From contig JAZTYY010000005.1 of NCBI GenBank assembly GCA_045637205.1, positions 12,906 through 76,905 of the forward strand: DNA of 64,000 bases, in the 5' to 3' direction. Position numbers and translations under genes: made by a program. The notes beneath the pieces were generated by a model. That model ran no database searches. It was given only the letters and a program-made list of their open reading frames with translations, and was not told where the DNA came from. Positions 37,814 to 44,379 of this stretch are shown here, piece after piece (within the stretch, counting starts at the first letter, position 1; every line of letters begins with the position of its first letter). This DNA comes from Eubacteriales bacterium (GTDB lineage Bacteria; Bacillota; Clostridia; Oscillospirales; CAG-272).

Positions 37814-39523
37814 ATGAATGGAAAGTTGAAAGCAGTTATCTATGCTCGTTTCTCTTGTAGCAAACAGAGAGAAGAAAGTATCGAAGGTCAGATCCGTGTG
37901 TGTACGGAGTACGCAAAGTATCATGATATAGAAATTGTCGGAACCTATATTGACAGGGCTGTATCAGGAAGAACAGATACCCGTCCCGAATTTGCCCGAA
38001 TGATGAGGGACAGCACTTACAAGAGATTTAACCTTATTCTTGTTTGGAAGTTTGACAGATTTGCCCGCAATCATTATGACTCGGCTCATCACAAATGGAT
38101 GCTCAAAAACAGCAACGTAAAGGTTATATCCGCAACAGAGTATATCTTGCCCGGTCCGCAGGGTATTATGTTGGAATCACTGCATGACGCTTTAGCTGAA
38201 GTGTATTCTGCCACTCTTTCTGAAAACGTAAGGCGCGGAATGTCGGAAAATGCTCTGAAGGGGCTTTGGAACGGAGGATCGGTTCCTCTTGGTTACAGAG
38301 TAAATTCTGACCGAAAGCTTGAAATAGATCCCGAGTCTGCCCTTGTTGTGAAAGAGATATATAAGCTGTATTCTGACGGAAGTACAATAATGGATATATT
38401 CAACTATCTCAACAAAATGCACATAACTCGTCCTAACGGTAAGGCACTAAGCTATAATGCAATCCGAAAGGTCTTAACCAACCGTATATATATCGGGGAG
38501 TACAATCATTCGGGAATAAAGATCGAAAACGCTATTGAACCCGTCGTTTCAGTTGAGATATTCGATGTTATTCAATCAAAATTGGCAAGGAATGCACGCG
38601 CCCCTGCCAGACACACCGCCAAAGAAGAGTATCTTCTCACAACAAAGCTTTTTTGCGGCAAATGCGGAGCAATGATGGTGGCTCAATCAGGCACAAGCAA
38701 AACAGGACGAATACACAAGTATTACGCTTGCACTCGTCAGAAGAAGCACCTATGCGATAAACGTATGCTACATAAGGATCAGATTGAAAACTTTGTAGTT
38801 CGCAAAACAATGGAAATGTTAACCCAACCGAAGATGATAGACAAGCTCTCTAAGATGCTTTTTGATCTTCAAAACGAAGAAAGTTCACTTCTTGCTTCAT
38901 TGGAAAGACAATACAAAGAGAAAGAAAAAGAGATAAACAACCTGCTTAATGCAGTTCAAAAAGGTCTTGCTACTGATATACTATTAACTCGCTTGGATGA
39001 GCTTGCTAAGGAACGTGATGCCGTTGCGGAATCCATTACTAAAGAGGAGATAAAAACACCAATCTTCACGCAGCAACAGTTTAAGGATGCGCTGAACCAT
39101 TTTAAGAATATGGACATTAGCACCGACGAGGGCAAAAGAAAGATCATAGACGTATTTGTGAATGCTATATACGCCTATGATGACCACATCAAAATCATAT
39201 ACAACACCAACGGCCAAGAAGAAAGCGTTTTGCTTGATGAAATAAACAGTTCTACCTTGTTTTCATCCAGTTCACCAAAACAAAAAAGAGGAGTGCAAAA
39301 GCACTCCTTTTTTTGTTTTGCCGATGCGTACGCATCAGAGAATCAATCACTGCAACACTCGTGTTGCAGGATTGGGTTCGCAAATTCGACGAAAGAACGT
39401 TCCGTGCTAGCACAGGAACTTCTCGGCGAATTTAGTTCACGAGTAACACGAGTGAACCTTCCCGTACATCTATGTCACCACAAAAGTGGTGCTTTTTTCA
39501 TTTTGTCGACACATATGTGTTGA
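37814..39523 (+). CDS. large serine recombinase (functional C-terminus uncertain)
   Basis: Resolvase motif VIYARFSCSKQ, DRFARN, recombinase domain, Zn-ribbon CGKCG...YYACTRQKKHLCD, coiled coil. The ORF runs ~70 codons past the terminator hairpin at 39284-39316 into repeat copy 1. Confidence 0.88.
   Translation: MNGKLKAVIYARFSCSKQREESIEGQIRVCTEYAKYHDIEIVGTYIDRAVSGRTDTRPEFARMMRDSTYKRFNLILVWKFDRFARNHYDSAHHKWMLKNSNVKVISATEYILPGPQGIMLESLHDALAEVYSATLSENVRRGMSENALKGLWNGGSVPLGYRVNSDRKLEIDPESALVVKEIYKLYSDGSTIMDIFNYLNKMHITRPNGKALSYNAIRKVLTNRIYIGEYNHSGIKIENAIEPVVSVEIFDVIQSKLARNARAPARHTAKEEYLLTTKLFCGKCGAMMVAQSGTSKTGRIHKYYACTRQKKHLCDKRMLHKDQIENFVVRKTMEMLTQPKMIDKLSKMLFDLQNEESSLLASLERQYKEKEKEINNLLNAVQKGLATDILLTRLDELAKERDAVAESITKEEIKTPIFTQQQFKDALNHFKNMDISTDEGKRKIIDVFVNAIYAYDDHIKIIYNTNGQEESVLLDEINSSTLFSSSSPKQKRGVQKHSFFCFADAYASENQSLQHSCCRIGFANSTKERSVLAQELLGEFSSRVTRVNLPVHLCHHKSGAFFILSTHMC
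39284..39316 (+). terminator. rho-independent terminator embedded in the recombinase ORF tail
   Basis: AAAAGAGGAGTGC-AAAA-GCACTCCTTTT plus a T-run. Confidence 0.7.
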
Positions 39524-39559
39524 ATCAAGCTATCTTTTTGCGAAGCAAAAAATTATGGG
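39369..39559 (+). repeat. 191-bp direct repeat copy 1 (hairpin-rich, with internal intrinsic terminator; candidate small RNA)
   Basis: Identical to 39643-39832 except for a one-T length difference; terminator CACCAC-AAAA-GTGGTG plus T6 at 39476-39498. Confidence 0.9.
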
Positions 39560-39642
39560 CAAGAATGCCTTAAGCATTCTTGGTTCTATTTCTCGCAATG
39601 CGAGAAATAGTATCTCGATTTCCGTACGGATTTTTTTATTCG

Positions 39643-39832
39643 GGATTGGGTTCGCAAATTCGACGAAAGAACGTTCCGTGCTAGCACAGGAACTTCTCGG
39701 CGAATTTAGTTCACGAGTAACACGAGTGAACCTTCCCGTACATCTATGTCACCACAAAAGTGGTGCTTTTTCATTTTGTCGACACATATGTGTTGAATCA
39801 AGCTATCTTTTTGCGAAGCAAAAAATTATGGG
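39643..39832 (+). repeat. 190-bp direct repeat copy 2
   Basis: See copy 1; terminator hairpin at 39750-39765 plus T5. Confidence 0.9.
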
Positions 39833-39856
39833 GAGCTTTCGCTCCCCCCTTTTTTT
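39830..39856. terminator. bidirectional terminator
   Basis: GGGGAGC-TTTC-GCTCCCC followed by CCTTTTTTT; on the minus strand it follows the stop of the small ORF 39858-39950. Confidence 0.7.
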
Positions 39857-39857
39857 A

Positions 39858-39950
39858 TTATCTACCGCAGCAGCAGGTGATAACAAGAAGCGCGATAAGA
39901 ATAAGCCAAATATAGTCGTTGTCAAAAAGATTGCAAAGGCAGTTGTTCAT
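39858..39950 (-). CDS. 30-aa hydrophobic Cys-rich peptide
   Basis: MNNCLCNLFDNDYIWLILIALLVITCCCGR. RBS GGAG 7 nt upstream. Promoter TTAACA (40040-45) -17- TAGAAT (40017-22). Terminator 39830-56. Below the ORF-track cutoff. Confidence 0.45.
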   Translation of the reverse strand: MNNCLCNLFDNDYIWLILIALLVITCCCGR

Positions 39951-40132
39951 AAATGCTCCGTTTCTGTTGCATGTGCAACTAATGTGATATGAGTGGGTTT
40001 TTCCCCACTTGATATCATTCTATGAAATAAAGCAAAATGTGTTAAATAAATTGGTGGTGTCAGTTGGTATAAAAATTTAAATGGATGCATAAGGAATATA
40101 ATCCCCCCAAAAAAACAAAAAGGACTGATTTT

Positions 40133-40921
40133 TCAGTCCTTTTTTGCTCTTGCAACGATATACCAGCGCTCGTCCGTATCGTTTATAGGCGTGAAATTAA
40201 AATCGGAATACATACCGATAAGCTCAAATCCATTGCTTTTAAGTGCATTTTCAATCTCTTCTCTTGAATAGCACCTCTCCACCTGAATTTCATCGCGTCG
40301 AGAATAGCCCTTGCTTCCCTCTTCCTTTTCAAACACAGTTAAGGAAAAGTCGCAAAGTTGACTTTCTTCGTCATAATAGTTTTGCCAAACGCAAAACGCA
40401 TTGTTGCCACAATCCTCTTCCTCATAAACGTAGGTGTTTAAACCGTAAACGTTTTTGAATTTGTGTGGTGTGTTAATATCAAATAAGAATAATCCGTCAG
40501 GATCAAGATAGTTGTGCACCAAAGAAAAGCACTTGTCAAGCTCTCCCTCTCCAACAAGGTAGTTCACACTGTCAAGACAGCAGGTGATTGCACCGACCGT
40601 GCCGTAAAGCTCAAATTCACGCATATCCTGAAGCAAAAACAACACAGAATGGGGCAAATCAAGGTCATATTTACGGTCAAATGCTACGTTAAGCATATCC
40701 TCTGAGCCGTCAACACCAATCATGTCATATCCACGCTTTGCAAGCTCAAAGGTCATGCTACCCGTGCCGCAAGCAAGATCGAGAACAAGCTCGGGGCGCT
40801 CTTTTAAGTACTTATCAAAGCACTCTTCAAAAAAATCAGCCCACGCGCTGTAATCTATATGCGCATTTATATTGTCGTAAATAGTCGATATTGCACCGTA
40901 ATTATCAAATTTTTTACTCAT
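40133..40921 (-). CDS. class I SAM-dependent methyltransferase
   Basis: Motif I LDLACGTGS. Start at ATG 40921 (MSKKFDNYG) overlapping the hprK stop. Terminator hairpin 40121-40140 overlaps the stop codon. Confidence 0.85.
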   Translation of the reverse strand: MSKKFDNYGAISTIYDNINAHIDYSAWADFFEECFDKYLKERPELVLDLACGTGSMTFELAKRGYDMIGVDGSEDMLNVAFDRKYDLDLPHSVLFLLQDMREFELYGTVGAITCCLDSVNYLVGEGELDKCFSLVHNYLDPDGLFLFDINTPHKFKNVYGLNTYVYEEEDCGNNAFCVWQNYYDEESQLCDFSLTVFEKEEGSKGYSRRDEIQVERCYSREEIENALKSNGFELIGMYSDFNFTPINDTDERWYIVARAKKD

Positions 40922-41855
40922 TTTCAGCTCCAAATTGCTCCAAAAGCTGTTTTTCAAGCTCGGCAGCAGTATTATAACCCATCTTCTTTTGACGATGGTT
41001 CATAGCGGCAATTTCAAGAATAATCGGCAAGCTACGTCCGGGACGAACAGGTACTGTAATCGAAGGAACGTCTATACCAAGAATGTTATAGGTTTGATCG
41101 TCAAGCCCAAATCTATCGTACATCTTACCCTCAATCCAAGGCTCAAGGTGAATAACAAGGTCGATTTTTTCGGTATCCTTTACGGCTCCCATACCGTAAA
41201 GACGGCGCACGTCGATAATACCAATTCCACGAAGCTCAACGTAGTGCTTTATAAGGGATGGTGCGCTACCAACAAGAGTTTTTGCCGAAACGCGCTTGAT
41301 TTCAACCGCGTCGTCAGCAATAAGACGGTGACCACGTTCAACAAGAGCAATAGCAGTTTCACTCTTACCGATTCCACTTTCGCCAAGAATCAACACACCT
41401 TCACCAAACACCTCAACCAAAACACCGTGCTGGGTAACTCTGTTGGCAAGGCTTGTGTTAAGGAAGGCAATAAGAGAAGCCATTGTGGGACTTGTCTTTT
41501 CTTTAGTTCTTAAAATTGGAACACCGTGCTTTTGAGCAGGCAAAAGTATTTCTTCACCAACCTCAAAATTTGTTGTTATTACAACAGCAACGGGCTTTTT
41601 GGCAAAAAATGCTTCAAGACGTGCTTCTGCCAAATTCTTGCCGATTTCATACAAATACTGCATTTCGGCACGGCCGATAATTTGCATTCTTGTGGGCTCA
41701 AATACCGTAAAGAATCCTGCCAAAGCAAGACCGGGACGCATTACCTCCCTGTTCGTTATTTTTATCTTTTCGGCAGGCACGGGCATATATACTTCTTCAA
41801 ACTGAAGCTCTTTCATCAATTTGTCAAGTGTAATGGAATAAAGCTGAGTATTCAT
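40914..41855 (-). CDS. hprK: HPr kinase/phosphorylase
   Basis: 313 aa; GVLILGESGIGKSETAIALVERGHRLIADDAVEI. Confidence 0.93.
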   Translation of the reverse strand: MNTQLYSITLDKLMKELQFEEVYMPVPAEKIKITNREVMRPGLALAGFFTVFEPTRMQIIGRAEMQYLYEIGKNLAEARLEAFFAKKPVAVVITTNFEVGEEILLPAQKHGVPILRTKEKTSPTMASLIAFLNTSLANRVTQHGVLVEVFGEGVLILGESGIGKSETAIALVERGHRLIADDAVEIKRVSAKTLVGSAPSLIKHYVELRGIGIIDVRRLYGMGAVKDTEKIDLVIHLEPWIEGKMYDRFGLDDQTYNILGIDVPSITVPVRPGRSLPIILEIAAMNHRQKKMGYNTAAELEKQLLEQFGAENE

Positions 41856-41865
41856 TTCCTTCTCC

Positions 41866-42618
41866 TTATTTATTAATCTTATTGGCTACCGTCTCGGCAA
41901 TAGCTCTTGCACCGTCCGCATTGGGATGCACCTTATCCGAGCAAAACCACTCACTGTGGCCCGAAGTGATATCATAGATATCTATGCACTCATATTCGTT
42001 AAGCAATGCAAAGGTTTTAATTCTTGTGACTATTTCTTCAACAACTGCAGGCTGAATGTCAAAGCTGGTCTCCCCCTCGGTCTTACCACCCGAGAAAAAT
42101 GCTCTTGGAGGAGTGCAAAGAATAATTCTCACGTCGGGATTATTCTCCCTATAGGTATCCAAAAGCGCCTCATATTCAGCTATAAAAGTTTCGGCATCAG
42201 TCCAGTTGTCAGGCTTTGAATCGTTTGTGCCAAGCATAAAAATAATAATGTCGGCATCATATTCCAGACTCAATTTATATTGATCACTTTCGACGTAGGG
42301 CATATCACCCTCACTTGAAAGTGTTCTTCCGCTATGTCCAAAATTTTCAACGTGATATTCATCACCAAGAATATCTTGAAGCTGGGCAGGGTAATTGTTC
42401 TTTTGCCAATTGCTAACTCCGTGACCGTATGTAATACTGTCACCAACACAGGCAACCTTTATTTGCCCATCATTAGGCTCAGTATGATGATGAATACCCA
42501 AAAGTCCGTTAGTATATAAAACAACCAGCAAAATCGTTGTCAAAACAAATAGCATACAAACGGCAATTAAAATTACTTTTGTCTTGTTTATATTTATCTT
42601 TTTAGTTATATTATTCAT
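41866..42618 (-). CDS. membrane-anchored SGNH/GDSL hydrolase
   Basis: N-terminal TM helix, VACVGDSITYGHG, LGTNDS, DKVHPN. Confidence 0.85.
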   Translation of the reverse strand: MNNITKKININKTKVILIAVCMLFVLTTILLVVLYTNGLLGIHHHTEPNDGQIKVACVGDSITYGHGVSNWQKNNYPAQLQDILGDEYHVENFGHSGRTLSSEGDMPYVESDQYKLSLEYDADIIIFMLGTNDSKPDNWTDAETFIAEYEALLDTYRENNPDVRIILCTPPRAFFSGGKTEGETSFDIQPAVVEEIVTRIKTFALLNEYECIDIYDITSGHSEWFCSDKVHPNADGARAIAETVANKINK

Positions 42619-42738
42619 TTTGACCTCTTATGATCATTTATTCATATCATTTTATCACATTTTATTGATATGTGTCAATAGATAAATTTTATTTGTAGCT
42701 CCAATGCTCACAACTTATCCTTATTTTTAAAAAAACTC

Positions 42739-42766
42739 TTGACAAAATAAAAAAATATGTTATAAT
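42739..42766 (+). promoter_or_regulatory. rpsF operon promoter
   Basis: TTGACA 42739-44, 16-nt spacer, extended -10 TGTTATAAT ending at 42766. The leader (42767-42857) contains two hairpins (GCGGACG-TATG-CGTCCGT; CGTGCA..TGCACG). Confidence 0.6.
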
Positions 42767-42857
42767 ACCATATGATGCGGACGTATGCGTCCGTCTCTCT
42801 GTCGTGCAAAAATTTATTCAAGTGCACGAACTTAAAGTCCATAGGGAGGTGTAAAAT

Positions 42858-43253
42858 ATGGAAAAGGTAATCAATACTTATGAAAACCTGTTCATCGTTA
42901 GTCTTGCAAACGGAGAAGCCGCTGCAAAAGAAACAGTGAACAAATTCACAACATTGATAGCTAACAACGCTGAAATCGTTGAGGTTGCTGAATGGGGCAA
43001 ACGCCGCCTTGCATATCTCATCAATGACGAAAGCGAAGGTTACTACACTGTTGTAACTTTCAAAACAGCATCCGATTTCCCCGCTGAGCTTGACCGTTTG
43101 TTCAACATCGACGAAAACGTTATGAGAGCAATGACAATTAAGCTTGACACAAAGGCAATCGAAAAGAACAACGCTGCTAAAAAGGCTCCTGTTGTTGAAG
43201 TTGCTGAGGAAGTAGTAGCTGAAGTTACTGAAACAGTAGCAGACGCTGAATAA
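42858..43253 (+). CDS. rpsF: 30S ribosomal protein S6
   Basis: YENLFIV...WGKRRLAY.I......GYY; conserved rpsF-ssb-rpsR order. Confidence 0.93.
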   Translation: MEKVINTYENLFIVSLANGEAAAKETVNKFTTLIANNAEIVEVAEWGKRRLAYLINDESEGYYTVVTFKTASDFPAELDRLFNIDENVMRAMTIKLDTKAIEKNNAAKKAPVVEVAEEVVAEVTETVADAE

Positions 43254-43274
43254 TTTGTTCGGAGGTAAGAAAAG

Positions 43275-43730
43275 ATGTCAAATCTCAACTTAAACAAAGT
43301 GGTACTTTGTGGCCGTCTTACAGCAGATCCGGAACTTAAACAGACTCAAAATGGAATTGCAGTTGTTTCCTTCACAATCGCAGTAAATCGCAGATTTACA
43401 AGAGGCGCTGACGGACAGAACAATTCCCAGGCAGATTTCATCAGCTGTGTTGCTTGGAGACAAACCGCTGAATTTATCTCAAGATATTTCAAAAAGGGTT
43501 CTTCTCTTTGCGTAACAGGTTCTATTCAAACAAGAACTTGGAACGATAACACTGGTGCAAAGCGTTACGTAACTGAAGTGGTTGTTGATGAAGCTATGTT
43601 CGTTGACTCCAGAACAGATAACGCATCTGCAAGCTATGTTCCCGATGCTTACGGTTCTCCTTCTTTCTCTTCAGGTGTAGATGCACCCAATTTTGAAGAG
43701 ATCAAAACAGACGACGATTTGCCGTTCTGA
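43275..43730 (+). CDS. ssb: single-stranded DNA-binding protein
   Basis: MSNLNLNKVVLCGRLTADPELK, OB fold, acidic tail DDDLPF. Confidence 0.93.
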   Translation: MSNLNLNKVVLCGRLTADPELKQTQNGIAVVSFTIAVNRRFTRGADGQNNSQADFISCVAWRQTAEFISRYFKKGSSLCVTGSIQTRTWNDNTGAKRYVTEVVVDEAMFVDSRTDNASASYVPDAYGSPSFSSGVDAPNFEEIKTDDDLPF

Positions 43731-43763
43731 TAACTAACGAAATAATACAGGAGGATTCATAAA

Positions 43764-44018
43764 ATGGAAAGAACAGAAAATGCTTCTCGTCCGGTTCGTT
43801 TCAACAACCGTAGAAGAAAAAAGGTTTGTATCTTCTGTGAAGATAAAATCGCTTATATCGACTATAAAGATTCTGCAAAGCTCAGAAAGTTCATCAGCGA
43901 ACGCGGCAAGATTCTTCCCAGAAGAATTAGCGGCACATGTGCTATGCACCAGAGAAAGCTCACAACAGCGATCAAACGCGCTCGTCAGGTAGCTCTTCTT
44001 CCTTACATCGCTGACTAA
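43764..44018 (+). CDS. rpsR: 30S ribosomal protein S18
   Basis: [21 protein letters not shown]...[35 protein letters not shown]. Confidence 0.93.
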   Translation: MERTENASRPVRFNNRRRKKVCIFCEDKIAYIDYKDSAKLRKFISERGKILPRRISGTCAMHQRKLTTAIKRARQVALLPYIAD

Positions 44019-44032
44019 TATAGTTAAAATTT

Positions 44033-44062
44033 AAAGGACGCACAAAGGTGCGTCCTTTTTTG
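44033..44062 (+). terminator. rpsR terminator
   Basis: AAAGGACGCAC-AAAG-GTGCGTCCTTT plus a T-run. Confidence 0.8.
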
Positions 44063-44069
44063 TTATCCG

Positions 44070-44290
44070 TTTGCTTCATAAATTGGGATTTGGCGGTGCG
44101 AAGCACCGCAACTAAATCCGCCTTCTGCGGAATAAATCCACAAATGGTGGATGAAATCGCTTGCGCGATGAAATCTGCCTTATGGCAGGTTAATAAAAGT
44201 CGGATTTGATTTCATCCAAGGCATTAAGCCGAGGATTTCATCCAAACTTGTTTGGATTTCATCGTGGCTTTTGCCACGATTTCATTTCTT
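44070..44290. repeat. array of about 9 short hairpins linked by the motif GATGAAATC / GATTTCATC
   Basis: GATGAAATC at 44150 and 44167; reverse complement GATTTCATC at 44208, 44234 and 44255; GATTTCATT at 44278. Spacers are small palindromes (e.g. ATCGTGGC-TTTT-GCCACGAT). Confidence 0.75.
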
Positions 44291-44336
44291 CAAATCTCCA
44301 CGATAAATCAAAATTTGAACCTTTTATATAAATTCA

Positions 44337-44367
44337 AACAGGGTGCACGTTTATGCACCCTGTTTTT
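44337..44367. terminator. bidirectional terminator downstream of the MBL gene
   Basis: AACAGGGTGCA-CGTTTA-TGCACCCTGTT then TTT. Confidence 0.7.
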
Positions 44368-44379
44368 CATACTATTATT

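Noticed and set aside
39372-39480. tRNA-Glu 3'-end-like words in each 190-bp repeat (GGGTTCG ... TTCCCGTAC ... GTCACCA) and near the integrase (CCCGTAGGCAC at 5550-5560), considered as attR-type duplications of the tRNA-Glu 3' end (190-216)
   Set aside because: The matches are short and discontinuous, interrupted by about 75 nt and 6 nt in the repeat. They would not reconstitute a T-arm or acceptor stem. This is insufficient to define att sites without comparative data.
39369-39832. CRISPR interpretation of the 190-bp repeats (and of the hairpin array at 44070-44290)
   Set aside because: The 190-bp repeats number only two and are far too long. The 44-kb array has 9-bp motifs with 8-17-bp palindromic spacers and mixed orientation. 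No cas genes are in the window.
39486-39992. 168-aa plus-strand ORF
   Set aside because: It is open only because it reads through the hairpin spacer, repeat copy 2 and the bidirectional terminator. It runs antisense to the well-signalled 30-aa peptide gene and has no RBS.
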